Assembly: GCA_002816875.1 (NCBI GenBank)
Contig: MUCP01000017.1
Location: 3,030-67,029, forward strand
DNA: 64,000 nt
Reading direction: 5' to 3'
Source of the DNA: SAR202 cluster bacterium Io17-Chloro-G2
GTDB taxonomy: Bacteria > Chloroflexota > Dehalococcoidia > Lucifugimonadales > UBA3495
Part shown: positions 9,711 to 19,946 of the stretch, in pieces
Layout: every line of letters starts with the position of its first letter
Numbering within the stretch: the stretch's first letter is position 1
Program-made: the position numbers and the translations under genes
Notes under the pieces: model-generated
The model's input: the letters and a program-made list of their open reading frames with translations, nothing else
What the model was told of the DNA's origin: nothing
Databases searched by the model: none

Positions 9711-10373
9711 TCTTGGCCAGGTCTGCCATCAACCCGCATCCACTACGACCGCTCATGGTGAGCCCGTCGAACCACGGCGTTGGCGTTGGGGCATATCCGA
9801 ATCGTAGGCGACCGCGCCCGAAGAGATTCTGCCCTTCGACAAGCTCAGGACGAGCGGTGGTTAACGCTTTACCCTTGTGGTCATTCCCACGGTGGTGGAT
9901 GCACCACCCTCCTGGCGATTCCTTAGGGTTGTTGCTCACTGGCCGGGGCTCTTGGTCAGTTCTGCCGCCAACCCGCATCCACCACCCCCGCTCATGGTGA
10001 GCCCGTCGAACCACGGCGTTGGCGTTGGGGCATATCCGAATCGTAGGCGATCGCGCCAGAAGAGATTCTGCGCTTCGACAAGCTCAGGACGAGCGGTGGT
10101 TAACGCTTTACCCTTGTGGTCATTCCTACGGTGGTGGATGCACCACCCTCCTGGTGATTCCTTTGGGTTCTTACTCATAGGCTGGCTCCTTGATCAGGTC
10201 TGCCGCCAACCCGAATCCACCACCCCCGCTCATGGTGAGCCCGTCGAACCACGGCGTTGGGGTTGGGGCTGTTCCTGATTTTTGGCGCCGCGCCCGAAGA
10301 GATTCTGTCTTTCGACAAACCCCAAGATGGAATCTGGGTGATTCGCGGCCTCTGGTCGGAGCTCAAGACGAGC
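9711..10373. repeat. Tandem array of ~239-bp REPIN-like units (2 full, 1 partial)
   Basis: GCTCATGGTGAGCCCGTCGAACCAC at 9751, 9990 and 10228; each unit carries the inverted partner TTCGACAAGCTCAGGACGAGCGG. Confidence 0.9.
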
Positions 10374-10431
10374 TGCATTCACTCGTCATCCTGGTGTTGA
10401 TTCGTCTGGAGCGAATCCCCCAGACAAGCCG

Positions 10432-11649
10432 TTAGGTGATGGCCCCGGCGATGACCAACTCGACCACTTCCTCATCGGTCATGCCCAGCAGTTCTTTTAG
10501 CACCATCTCGTTGTGCTGGCCCAAGCAGGGCGCGGCGAAACGAGGGCCGTTGTCGTACCCCTTGATCTTGAACTGGTCGCCAGCGTAGGGGACGTTGCCC
10601 ATTTCCTGGTGGTCAAGATTTCGGAAAAACCCCCGGTGCTTCAACTGCGGGTCTTCGGCCAGGTCGCTGCTCCGCTGAACCACCCCCGCTGGAACGCCCA
10701 CCGCCTGAAGTTCAGCCATTACCTCGTTGGCGGTCTTGCCAGAAGTCCAAGCCGCTATGCGCTCATCGATCTCATCGTGGCGCTGCCATCGACCAGCCAC
10801 GCTTTGGAACCCGGAATCCCCGGACCAGCCAGGCTCGCCCATGACTTGACATAAGCCGCGCCATTGCACGTCGGTTTCCACGGTGATGGCGCACCATTGG
10901 TCATCTCCCAGGCAGGGATATGCCCCCTGAGGCGCGGCGGATTCATGGCGGTTGCCGTCGCGGGAAACCTGCCGTCCGCTGAGGTTGAAGTCCATGATCT
11001 GGGGCGCCAGGAAATGCAGTGACATCTCCAGTTGGGAAGCGTCGATGTGCTGGCCTTGGCCGGTGCGGCGGCAGTGGTCCATGGCCGCCATTGTCGTCGC
11101 CGCCAGGAAATGGGGGGATACCGTGTCCGTGTAGGCGACCCAGGGCCCGTCGGGAGCGAGGTCGGCCCATCCTGTGATCTGGTGGAAACCAGCCATGGCT
11201 GAGGCGTGGAACCCGTACCCCGCGAACGGCGACGCCGGGCCGTATTGTCCCATCAGGCAGGTGCTGACCATGATGATGGATGGGTTTAAGGCTTTGGCAG
11301 CTTCGTAACCGATGCCCAGTTCATCCATTGTCCCCGGGGTGAAGCTTTCCACGTAAACGTCAGCCCAGGCGATGAGCCGTTTGGCGACATCGATGGCCTC
11401 AGGGGTTTTCAGGTTCAGGGTCAGCCCCAACTTGGACGTGTTCCAATCTCCAAAAAATTGCGAGCGGTTGGGGCCCGGCTCGGCGTCCTTATAAGGGCCG
11501 ATGGTCCGCAGGATGTCGACCCTGGTCTCCGACTCCACCCGCACCACGGTGGCCCCGTGGTCGGCCAGGTATTTGGCCGTTTTGGGTCCCACCCCGACCC
11601 AGGAAAAATCAGCAACCTTCAGTCCCTCAAAGGGTAATTGAGCCGGCAT
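10432..11649 (-). CDS. CaiB/BaiF (family III) CoA-transferase, catalytic-type subunit
   Basis: LKVADFS, LADHGATVVRVE, ESFTPG, YTD (catalytic Asp position), APCLGQHN. Confidence 0.88.
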   Translation of the reverse strand: MPAQLPFEGLKVADFSWVGVGPKTAKYLADHGATVVRVESETRVDILRTIGPYKDAEPGPNRSQFFGDWNTSKLGLTLNLKTPEAIDVAKRLIAWADVYVESFTPGTMDELGIGYEAAKALNPSIIMVSTCLMGQYGPASPFAGYGFHASAMAGFHQITGWADLAPDGPWVAYTDTVSPHFLAATTMAAMDHCRRTGQGQHIDASQLEMSLHFLAPQIMDFNLSGRQVSRDGNRHESAAPQGAYPCLGDDQWCAITVETDVQWRGLCQVMGEPGWSGDSGFQSVAGRWQRHDEIDERIAAWTSGKTANEVMAELQAVGVPAGVVQRSSDLAEDPQLKHRGFFRNLDHQEMGNVPYAGDQFKIKGYDNGPRFAAPCLGQHNEMVLKELLGMTDEEVVELVIAGAIT

Positions 11650-11657
11650 GGTGCTTT

Positions 11658-12896
11658 TTAATCCCCCGTGGCCGTGGTGATTTCGCTTTTGGAAAGGCCG
11701 AGGCTCCCGCCCAGGATCTCCTGATTGTGTTGGCCCAACCGGGGCGGCCACTGGCGCACCGACATGGGAGTTTCAGAAAGTTTGACCAACAATCCAGGCG
11801 CGGTGGTCTGGCTGCCGCCGGGCAACGGCGCGTTAACCCAGTAACGCCGATCTTCCAGGTGTTTGAATCGCGCCAGGTCTTCCAGGGTGCTGACGGGCGC
11901 CAGGGTGACGCCCTCACGAAGCCCCAGGTCCAACAATTCTTGCTTGGTTTTATTCGCCACGTAGCGGCGGGCGGCGTCCACCACTTGGTCCAAGTCTTTG
12001 TTCATGGGCTCCAAATATAAAAGCCTGCGCTCGTAAGTGGGCCAGTCTTCGGCGTCTATCCAATCGGCCGGCACGATTCCTTCCTCCACCCACCAGTGGA
12101 CCATCTTGGTCAAAACCGCCCCGCTGGTGATTAACACCACGTGCCCGTCGGCGCAATCGTACACAATGGGCAGGGTCATGGTCCCCAGTTGAACGTCGGA
12201 CCCTCCCCGGTTGAAATCGTACCCCTGAATTTGGTGGGCCGACATTCCATGGAGCATGGTCCACACCATTGCCGTTTGGGCGGAAACGTCCACGAATTGG
12301 GCTTCTCCCGTGCGAATCATCAGCGCGTGGGCGGTCAACGCGCCCACTACGGCCTCGGACGAAGCGTGGAGCCAGGCCTGGGGGACCGACAACCGCACCG
12401 GCGCCCGCTCCGGCACGCCTTGAAGGCTCATGGGCCCGCCCAGAGCTGCTAGGGTAAGATCGCTGGCTGCCATCTCCGCGTATGGCCCGTCCTGGCCAAA
12501 AGCGGTGATAGCTACATAGACCATTCGGGAGTTTACGGCCTTCAGGGAATCAAATCCCAATCCCAGTTTAGCCATCCTGCCGGGAGGGGCGGATTCGATC
12601 ACAAAGTCAGCGGTCTCGGCTAGTTTTAATAAGGTCTGCCGACCGGCTTCCGACTCCAGATCTAATGTGATTCCCCGTTTATTGCGGTTGAAGGCGTAGT
12701 AGTGGAGGCTGGCTTCCGTTGCTTGCTCACCGTTGAGGAGGTGGTCTACAAACGGACCGATACGTCTGCTGGTGGACCCTTCCAGCGGCTCCACCTTGAT
12801 GACGTCGGCGCCCAAGTCCCCCAGCACCATGCTGGCCAACTCGCCCTTTTCGTCGGTCAGGTCCAAAACCGTGTAGGGGCTCAGCATATTCACCAA
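11658..12896 (-). CDS. CaiB/BaiF (family III) CoA-transferase, probable non-catalytic subunit
   Basis: LGDLGADVIKVEP, NRNKRGITLDL, FGQDGPY, PRLGQHN; PQAWL where the catalytic Asp is expected. Confidence 0.85.
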   Translation of the reverse strand: MVNMLSPYTVLDLTDEKGELASMVLGDLGADVIKVEPLEGSTSRRIGPFVDHLLNGEQATEASLHYYAFNRNKRGITLDLESEAGRQTLLKLAETADFVIESAPPGRMAKLGLGFDSLKAVNSRMVYVAITAFGQDGPYAEMAASDLTLAALGGPMSLQGVPERAPVRLSVPQAWLHASSEAVVGALTAHALMIRTGEAQFVDVSAQTAMVWTMLHGMSAHQIQGYDFNRGGSDVQLGTMTLPIVYDCADGHVVLITSGAVLTKMVHWWVEEGIVPADWIDAEDWPTYERRLLYLEPMNKDLDQVVDAARRYVANKTKQELLDLGLREGVTLAPVSTLEDLARFKHLEDRRYWVNAPLPGGSQTTAPGLLVKLSETPMSVRQWPPRLGQHNQEILGGSLGLSKSEITTATGD

Positions 12897-13039
12897 TCCG
12901 CCGTCAAAGTCAGCGGATTATAGCACGGCGCCGGCAGGCTGGACGGACGATCTGGCGGACGCCAAATCCATCATGAACCAACGGTATAATACGGCATGCT
13001 TTCCTTAGGGTTGATGGCGCCAATACCACGAGTGCATCT

Positions 13040-14320
13040 ATGAGCGATGACAGTCTTTTGATCCTCAAGCTGGTCCTGGCCGTATTTGCGGCTTGGTTCG
13101 CCTTACTCGTGGCCGTGTTTCAGTTCTGGGCCATCGCCCAGGACGGCAAGCACGAGAAAGCCAAAGCCTGGTTCGGCGCAAAATGGAGCGCCATCGGCGA
13201 GAGCGGGTTGCTTGAATTACCGGAAAGGGTGATTGAGTGGCTGCTGCGCGCCAAGGTTAAGTGGTCCGGTTCATTGATAAATTTCACAGACCTGTTGGGC
13301 AATCGGAATACAGGTCTGTCATTTCTTGTGTTGTTCGCCCTTTTTGTTACGGGGTGCTGGCTGTACTTTGGGACCTACGCTGGGGTTGTAGCACTCGCCT
13401 TTGTTCTACTCGCCTCTATCTTCATGCTTTACGGAAATAGTGACTTGTTTGACCTAGGGGCCTTTAAACCCAGTCTGCTAATTGAGTGGAGTTTGAGAGG
13501 TCAACCGACAACATACGTATCATCTGGAATCTGGAATGTTACGGTGGTTTGGGTTGTCGGGGCCACCGCAGGAACCTCTGCCATCCTTTGGATCCTGGTA
13601 TTGTTGAAAGCCGATGTAGCATTCGCCGCCCTAGCTATGGCTGTAATGTTCCCTGCCTATTGGATAACCATTACTGTGGTTTTGGCGCCGGTATACCTTT
13701 TCGAGAGACTAAAGCCCCGCTTTTCCAGATTGGATGACTCGTGGACTCTGGCAGCCCTGGCGATTTCAACTAGCTTTACCATTACTTTCCTCTCGCTAAC
13801 CATCGGCCATGTGGTTATCCCCGATGCCTGGGTGCCTCAAACATTGCAAATGCTCGTGTCCAACGTCCTGCTGGATGGGGTGACGATGTTGGCCACCTTC
13901 GCCATCCTGGCATGGGCCGTCGCCCGTCCCGGGTTCTTCAGAATCCCTGAGGCCATCTTTGCCGATTTTTCGATTGCGGCCGTATTGGCCTGTCTCTCGC
14001 TCTACCTGGGCCTGGTGTTTACTGACCGGGCGGTTACCTTTCCGGAGGTGCTCAACGTTCTCCTCTTCAGGTCGCCGGACGGCAACGGGTTCGAGTTTGG
14101 ACCCTATTTTTGGGTGATGCACACCACCTTCCTGCCGACCCTGGCCTACCTGGCGCTGATAGCGGCTGCCTGGCTGAGCAAGGCGTTCTTGCTGCCGGTT
14201 CGTTGGTTTTTCGGCGCGGGGCGTGAACATAGCAACCCCCTGGCGTTGACGGCGGCGATGTGCGCGGTTTTTGCGGCGTTGTTTGGGATACCAGCCGCCT
14301 TGCTTCAGTTCGCCGGTTAG
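13040..14320 (+). CDS. Hypothetical polytopic membrane protein
   Basis: 426-aa ORF with about 10 hydrophobic segments; upstream TATAAT; no recognised family motif. Confidence 0.7.
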   Translation: MSDDSLLILKLVLAVFAAWFALLVAVFQFWAIAQDGKHEKAKAWFGAKWSAIGESGLLELPERVIEWLLRAKVKWSGSLINFTDLLGNRNTGLSFLVLFALFVTGCWLYFGTYAGVVALAFVLLASIFMLYGNSDLFDLGAFKPSLLIEWSLRGQPTTYVSSGIWNVTVVWVVGATAGTSAILWILVLLKADVAFAALAMAVMFPAYWITITVVLAPVYLFERLKPRFSRLDDSWTLAALAISTSFTITFLSLTIGHVVIPDAWVPQTLQMLVSNVLLDGVTMLATFAILAWAVARPGFFRIPEAIFADFSIAAVLACLSLYLGLVFTDRAVTFPEVLNVLLFRSPDGNGFEFGPYFWVMHTTFLPTLAYLALIAAAWLSKAFLLPVRWFFGAGREHSNPLALTAAMCAVFAALFGIPAALLQFAG

Positions 14321-14501
14321 TTCACGGGTCAAGCTTCGCCTTCCGGTTCCCTTGCTGTTTTCAAAACGGCGGGGGTATGATGGAGGCGTTAACTCGTATC
14401 CCCAGAATCGATTCATATCTGTCTTGATTCATCTTGTTTGGGATGGGCTTTGGGCAAAAGGTGGGGTGGTGACCCCAAACCATTTCTAGCCGTGAGGGCG
14501 C

Positions 14502-16532
14502 ATGCTATATAAAAGCTACCGCTATTCCCAGTGGGACGGCACCCAACACATCTTTGAATTGGATGCTGACGCGTTGATGGACCAGCTTTCCGACGAGGTC
14601 TTGAAACAGGGCGACGTGATGCGGGCCATGCGGGAGATGTTCCGCCAAGGTTTTCAAGACAGGGAAGGAAGGCAGATGCCCGGCCTTCGTGACCTCATAG
14701 AGCAGTTGAAGAACCGCCGCCGCCAGCAACTCCAGCAATACAACATGGACTCGGTGGTGGACGACCTGAAAGAAAAGCTGGACGAGATCTTGAATATCGA
14801 GCGTGAAGGCATCGGCCGGCGCTTGGAAGAAGCCCAGCAACAGGTCCAAAGCGCCACCGGCGAAGACCGGCAACACAAGGACGACCTATACAAGATGCTG
14901 GAGCAGCGGGCCCAGCGCAACCGGCAAAAGTTGGACGATCTGCCGGAAGGTATGGGCGGCCAAATCAAAGAGCTGATGGAATACGATTTCATGGACCCCG
15001 AGGCCCAGCAGAAGTTCCAGGAATTGCTGGATATGCTGAAGAGCCAGATGGCCCAGAACCTTTCCCAGCAGATGCAAGAGCAGATTCAGGGCATGTCGCC
15101 CGAGCAGATGGCGGCTACCCGGGAGATGTTGCGCCAGCTATCCGAAATGATGCGGGACAAGATGGAGGGCCGGGAGCCCGATTTCGAAGGGTTCATGCAA
15201 CAATTCGGCTCCATGTTCGGACCCAATCCTCCCCAGAGTTTTGACGAGCTGATGGAGCGGATGCAGCAACAGATGGCCCAGATGCAGTCCATGATGGAGA
15301 GCATGTCTCCGGAGATGCGCCAGGAGATGCAAGACGCCATGGCCGCTGCTCTGGACCCGGAGACCCGTGCCGCCATGGCCGAGTTCGCCTCCATGATGGA
15401 GATCATGATGCCCATGGACGAATTGCGCCGCCAGTACCCGTTCTTGGGCGACGACAGCTTGACGATGGACCAGGCCATGGACCTGATGCGCCAGTTGCAG
15501 GAGAACGACCAGCTTGAGCAGGCCCTGCAGGAGGCCATGCGCTCTGGCAATCTGGAAGGCATTGACCCCGACAAGCTGGCCGAGCTTTTAGGGGATGACG
15601 CCAAACGCGTCTGGGAGCAGCTTGACCAATTACGCCAGATGCTCAAGGACGCGGGATACATCACCGACGATGGCAAGTTCGACCTGACGGCAAGGGGGAT
15701 CCGGCGCATCGGCCAAAAGGCCCTGAGGGAGATATTCACCCATTTGAAGAAGGACCGCTTGGGCAGCCACATGATGGAGACCCGGGGAGCCAATGGCGAC
15801 GTTTTGGGCGAGACGAAAACCTACGAGTTTGGTGACCCGTTCCAGTTGGACCTGCAAGGCACCGTGAGGAACGCCGTCATGCGGTCGGGGCCGGAATTGC
15901 CGGTGCGTTTGAAGCCAGAGGATTTCGAGATCTACCGAAGCGAGCACATGACTAGGACGGCAACTTGCATCCTGTTGGACCAGAGCCGCTCCATGGGATT
16001 GTTCAATAACTTCCAGGCTGCTAAAAAGGTCACCCTGGCGCTGATGTCCCTGATCCGCACCCAATATCCCCGGGACGCACTGTACATCATCGGGTTCTCG
16101 GACTACGCCAAGGAGATCAAAGAGGAGGACCTGCACAAGTCCAGTTGGAATTCATGGGTATCCGGCACCAACCTGCACCACGCCCTGATGCTTTCACGCA
16201 AACTGCTCTCCAAGGAAAAGGGAGGCACCAGGCAGATATTGGTCATCACCGACGGCGAACCGACGTCGCACTTGGAGGGAGACCAGGCCTACTTTGCCTA
16301 TCCCCCCAGTTACCGCACCGAGCAGGAAACCTTGAAAGAGGTCAAGCGGTGCACCCAAGAAGACATAATGATCAACACCTTCATGCTGGAGAATTCCTAC
16401 CAGCTGGTGAATTTCGTCGACCGTATGACCCGCATCAACCGGGGAAGGGCCTTCTACAGCAGCGCGGACAATCTGGGCGAGTACGTCTTGGTGGACTACG
16501 TGAGCAACCGGCGCAAGAAGATCGCCGCCTAA
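14502..16532 (+). CDS. VWA-domain protein (chelatase-like AAA-associated type)
   Basis: YRYSQWDGTQ N-terminus, long Q/M-rich coiled region, MIDAS DQSRS, GTN, ITDGEP. Confidence 0.85.
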   Translation: MLYKSYRYSQWDGTQHIFELDADALMDQLSDEVLKQGDVMRAMREMFRQGFQDREGRQMPGLRDLIEQLKNRRRQQLQQYNMDSVVDDLKEKLDEILNIEREGIGRRLEEAQQQVQSATGEDRQHKDDLYKMLEQRAQRNRQKLDDLPEGMGGQIKELMEYDFMDPEAQQKFQELLDMLKSQMAQNLSQQMQEQIQGMSPEQMAATREMLRQLSEMMRDKMEGREPDFEGFMQQFGSMFGPNPPQSFDELMERMQQQMAQMQSMMESMSPEMRQEMQDAMAAALDPETRAAMAEFASMMEIMMPMDELRRQYPFLGDDSLTMDQAMDLMRQLQENDQLEQALQEAMRSGNLEGIDPDKLAELLGDDAKRVWEQLDQLRQMLKDAGYITDDGKFDLTARGIRRIGQKALREIFTHLKKDRLGSHMMETRGANGDVLGETKTYEFGDPFQLDLQGTVRNAVMRSGPELPVRLKPEDFEIYRSEHMTRTATCILLDQSRSMGLFNNFQAAKKVTLALMSLIRTQYPRDALYIIGFSDYAKEIKEEDLHKSSWNSWVSGTNLHHALMLSRKLLSKEKGGTRQILVITDGEPTSHLEGDQAYFAYPPSYRTEQETLKEVKRCTQEDIMINTFMLENSYQLVNFVDRMTRINRGRAFYSSADNLGEYVLVDYVSNRRKKIAA

Positions 16533-16534
16533 GG

Positions 16535-16614
16535 GGAAACCCTCACCCTCGTTCCCTCTCCCACCAGGAGAGGGATGCCCCCGATGAAATCGGGGGCTGG
16601 GTGAGGGCGTTCCC
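16535..16614. repeat. CCCTCACCC/CCCTCTCCC-GGAGAGGG palindromic repeat with nested CCCCGAT hairpin
   Basis: CCCTCACCC..CCCTCTCCCACCAGGAGAGGG..GCCCCCGATGAAATCGGGGGC..GGGTGAGGG; related copy near 50056-50098. Confidence 0.65.
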
Positions 16615-16752
16615 GGAAAAAATCCACCCTAAGAACTCCACTCTCGACCCCCTTCCGCCGTCGATGCTAGTCTGGTAACATATATTCTGACAACTCAATA
16701 TCTGGGAATTCGTTCCCAGGGTCGTAGGGCTGTTCAGGATTGGACAGCCGGG

Positions 16753-16783
16753 CTTTTAAGGCAGTCCTGTGAGGCTGGCAAGG
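16753..16783 (+). promoter_or_regulatory. PyrR-binding RNA loop of the pyr attenuator
   Basis: CTTTTAAGGC-AGTCCTGTGAGGCT-GGCAAGG matches the PyrR consensus (CUUUAA..ARUCCnGnGAGGYU) in the pyrR leader. Confidence 0.85.
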
Positions 16784-16830
16784 TTCAACGTCCCAACCAA
16801 AGACCGTCCGCCGAAGGCGGATGTTTGGTT

Positions 16831-16863
16831 GCCCCTTGCCGGGATGCAGGCAAGGGGTTTTTT
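16831..16863 (+). terminator. Attenuator intrinsic terminator
   Basis: CCCCTTGCC-gggatgca-GGCAAGGGG followed by TTTTTT, 50 bp before pyrR. Confidence 0.88.
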
Positions 16864-16912
16864 GTTGAACCCGGCATTGGAACCCGGGCAATCTGAGCCG
16901 GATAGGAATCAA

Positions 16913-17485
16913 ATGTCCCAGCGTCAAATAATGAACGAGGACGATATTAGGCGGGCGCTGGCCCGGGTGTCCCACGAGATCTTGGAGCGCAACCGGGGCA
17001 CCCATGACGTTGTCTTAGTGGGCATATACACCAGGGGAGTTCACCTGGCCCACCGGCTGGCGAGAAACCTGAAGGAATTCGAGGGTGGCGAGGTTCAGGT
17101 GGCGGCCCTGGACATCAATCTTTATCGGGATGACCTCCAGGCCCGTTCCAGCCCTGTGGTCCGGCCCACCACTATTCCGGAAAACATACAAAGCAAAAGG
17201 GTGGTGTTGGTGGACGACGTGTTGTACACGGGACGCACGGTCCGGGCGGCCATGGACGCCCTCAACGACTTTGGCCGCGCCGACCAGATCCAACTGGCCA
17301 TCTTGCTGGACCGGGGGCACCGGGAGTTGCCCATCAGGCCCGATTTCGTGGGCCAGAACGTACCAACAGCCCCCGACGAAGTGGTGAAAGTCAGGCTGGT
17401 GGAAACCGAAGGCGTGGATGAGGTAGCGATTATCAGAGGGAACTCACCCAATGACGCCAGCCGGAACCCGAGGCGGAACGTATGA
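16913..17485 (+). CDS. pyrR: Bifunctional pyrimidine regulator/UPRTase PyrR
   Basis: [59 protein letters not shown]. Confidence 0.95.
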   Translation: MSQRQIMNEDDIRRALARVSHEILERNRGTHDVVLVGIYTRGVHLAHRLARNLKEFEGGEVQVAALDINLYRDDLQARSSPVVRPTTIPENIQSKRVVLVDDVLYTGRTVRAAMDALNDFGRADQIQLAILLDRGHRELPIRPDFVGQNVPTAPDEVVKVRLVETEGVDEVAIIRGNSPNDASRNPRRNV

Positions 17486-18519
17486 CGCTGCCCAATGCCA
17501 TCGAAAATCAGATTGGAAACGGGATCGAGAACGCCGGGGCCCAGGCTGACTTGGAAATCACAGCAGTGCCTGAACGGCGCCATGTACTGGACCTGGACGA
17601 TTTCTCCAGGCCGGAGATCAACGCCTTGTTGGACTCGGCAAAGGGAATGGCCGAGGTCCTGGGCAGGGACATAAAAAAGGTCCCCGCTCTGCGTGGACGG
17701 GTGATTGTCACGCTGTTCTACGAAGCGAGCACCCGTACCCGAATATCTTTTGAGGAAGCTGGAAAGGTCCTTAGTGCCGACGTCATCAACATGTCCACCT
17801 CCGGCAGCAGCGTGGAGAAGGGGGAATCGCTGCTGAATACCGCCCTTACCATCCAAGCCATGAGTGTCGACGCCATCGTGATACGCCATCCCCATTCGGG
17901 AGCCCCTTACCTTCTGGCCCGGCATCTAGACCGGGTGGGAATAATCAACGCCGGAGACGGGATGCACGCCCATCCCACCCAGGCCTTGCTGGACCTGTTC
18001 ACCGTGCGGGAAAAGCTGGGCGCCCTGGAAGGTCTGAAGATAGTGATAGTGGGAGACGTGCTGCACAGCCGGGTGGCCCGCTCCGATATTTGGGGATTCG
18101 CCAAGATGGGGGCCCAAGTGGTCCTCTGCGGGCCCAACACGTTGCTGCCCCTGGACCTGCTGGGAGGCGACGGTGGCCAGATTCCCACGGAACTTGCCTC
18201 GGTGAAGATGGACACCGACCTGGACCGGGCCATCCAGGACGCCGACGTGGTTATGGCGCTGCGGCTGCAATCCGAGCGCCAGCATAGCGGATTCTTGCCC
18301 AGCGTGAGGGAATACATACGCCGCTGGCAGGTCACCGAGGCCCGGCTGACGCGGGCAAAACCCGGCGTGCTGGTGATGCATCCCGGCCCCATGAACGAGG
18401 GAATCGAGATCAGCTCAAGCATCGCCCACGGCGGCAGTTCGGTGATCGAAGAGCAGGTCACCAGCGGCGTGGCCGTGCGAATGGCCCTCCTGTACCAAAT
18501 CGCCAACCAGGGCAGGTGA
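17482..18519 (+). CDS. pyrB: Aspartate carbamoyltransferase catalytic subunit
   Basis: [41 protein letters not shown]. Confidence 0.96.
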   Translation: MTLPNAIENQIGNGIENAGAQADLEITAVPERRHVLDLDDFSRPEINALLDSAKGMAEVLGRDIKKVPALRGRVIVTLFYEASTRTRISFEEAGKVLSADVINMSTSGSSVEKGESLLNTALTIQAMSVDAIVIRHPHSGAPYLLARHLDRVGIINAGDGMHAHPTQALLDLFTVREKLGALEGLKIVIVGDVLHSRVARSDIWGFAKMGAQVVLCGPNTLLPLDLLGGDGGQIPTELASVKMDTDLDRAIQDADVVMALRLQSERQHSGFLPSVREYIRRWQVTEARLTRAKPGVLVMHPGPMNEGIEISSSIAHGGSSVIEEQVTSGVAVRMALLYQIANQGR

Positions 18520-18569
18520 ATGGGACCTGGTCAAATGGATATGGGAAAGATGGACGCTAATTCTAAGTT

Positions 18570-19946
18570 ATGGAGTGCGGTTTGGGTTCAGGACCGTTGC
18601 TGATCAAGGGGGCCCGCATCATTGACGCCTCTTCTGGTATGGATCAAGTTGGGCACATCCTCGTCGTTGACGGCAAGATCGCCGCTGTTGGCCAGGTTTC
18701 CCAAGACCAGGTCCCGGACGGCTGCCAGACGATTGACGCGGCGGGCTTGGTGGCCTGCCCCGGCTTTATCGACTTGCACTGTCATCTCAGAGAGCCGGGA
18801 TTCGAATTCAAAGAAACCATCGCCTCGGGGACCCGGGCTGCGGCCAAGGGCGGGTTCACCTCCATCTGCGCCATGCCCAACACAGAGCCGCCCATCGATA
18901 ACGCCGCCGTCGTCGACTTCCTCCGCTTCCGGTCTCAGGCCGAGGCATCGGTGAAGGTTTTCCCCATCGCCTGCGTGAGCAAAGGCCGCTTGGGCCGTGA
19001 GCTCAGCGAGATGGAGGAACTTGCGTCCGCGGGAGCCGTGGCCTTCAGCGACGACGGAGACCCGGTTTACGATGCTACCTTGATGCGCCTGGCGCTGGCC
19101 TATAGCTTGGATCTGGGGCTGCCAATTATTGACCATTGCCAGGACCTATCCCTGTCCGGCAACGGCGTGATGGCCGAGGGGGCCGTGGCCAGCAGATTAG
19201 GGCTGGACGGAATTCCCGCGGCGGCGGAAGAGTCCATGATCGCCCGAGACATCGCCTTGGCCCAGCTCACCGGAGGCCGGTTGCACCTGGCCCACATAAG
19301 CACCGCCGGCTCAATACACTTGTTGCGCCAGGCCAAGGATCGGGGATTGCGCGTCACGGCCGAGGTCTGCCCTCACCACCTGACCATCACGGACCAATGG
19401 GTCCTAGGCGGAGTTGGCAAGGATGCCGGCGCGGCGGGCCCGTTTTCCTACGATACTTCGACCAAGGTGTACCCGCCCTTACGCACTCAAAGGGACGTGG
19501 ATGCCCTGGTCCAGGCGCTGGCTGAAGGCGTCATCGACTGCATCGCCACCGATCATGCCCCCCACGACGCCACCAGCAAACAATGTACCTACGAAGAAGC
19601 GGCATTCGGCATCAGCGTGTTGGAGACAGCCTTGGGCTCAACGATGCAAATGGTCCATCAAGGGTCGTTGGGGCTGGCCGATCTGGTCCACAGTTTGACC
19701 GTGGGCCCAGCCGGGGTGGTGGGACCCGCCTTCGACGGACTTGCCTCCCTGAATACCGGAACTCCAGCCGACATCGCTCTGTTCGACCCGGACCTGGAAT
19801 GGGTCGTGGACCCCCAGGAGTTCCAGTCCCAGGGTAAGAACACGCCGTTGGCCGGCGTCACGTTGAGAGGCCAGGTCGTTGCAACCTTTGTGGACGGCAA
19901 GATGGTCTATCAAAGCGAGACCTCAAAAACGGGAGCGGCAAGCTGA
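18570..19946 (+). CDS. pyrC: Dihydroorotase
   Basis: DLHCHLREPG, MPNT, EVCPHHL, IATDHAPH, GKNTP. Confidence 0.95.
   Translation: MECGLGSGPLLIKGARIIDASSGMDQVGHILVVDGKIAAVGQVSQDQVPDGCQTIDAAGLVACPGFIDLHCHLREPGFEFKETIASGTRAAAKGGFTSICAMPNTEPPIDNAAVVDFLRFRSQAEASVKVFPIACVSKGRLGRELSEMEELASAGAVAFSDDGDPVYDATLMRLALAYSLDLGLPIIDHCQDLSLSGNGVMAEGAVASRLGLDGIPAAAEESMIARDIALAQLTGGRLHLAHISTAGSIHLLRQAKDRGLRVTAEVCPHHLTITDQWVLGGVGKDAGAAGPFSYDTSTKVYPPLRTQRDVDALVQALAEGVIDCIATDHAPHDATSKQCTYEEAAFGISVLETALGSTMQMVHQGSLGLADLVHSLTVGPAGVVGPAFDGLASLNTGTPADIALFDPDLEWVVDPQEFQSQGKNTPLAGVTLRGQVVATFVDGKMVYQSETSKTGAAS

Noticed and set aside
9688-10435. Tandem repeats as a CRISPR array, or the six overlapping ORFs as genes
   Set aside because: Inter-repeat sequences are near-identical rather than unique spacers, the period is 239 bp, no cas genes are present, and the ORFs are translations of palindromic repeats
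16769-16912. N-terminal extension of PyrR in the ORF track
   Set aside because: It runs through the PyrR loop and terminator; ATG 16913 matches the family N-terminus
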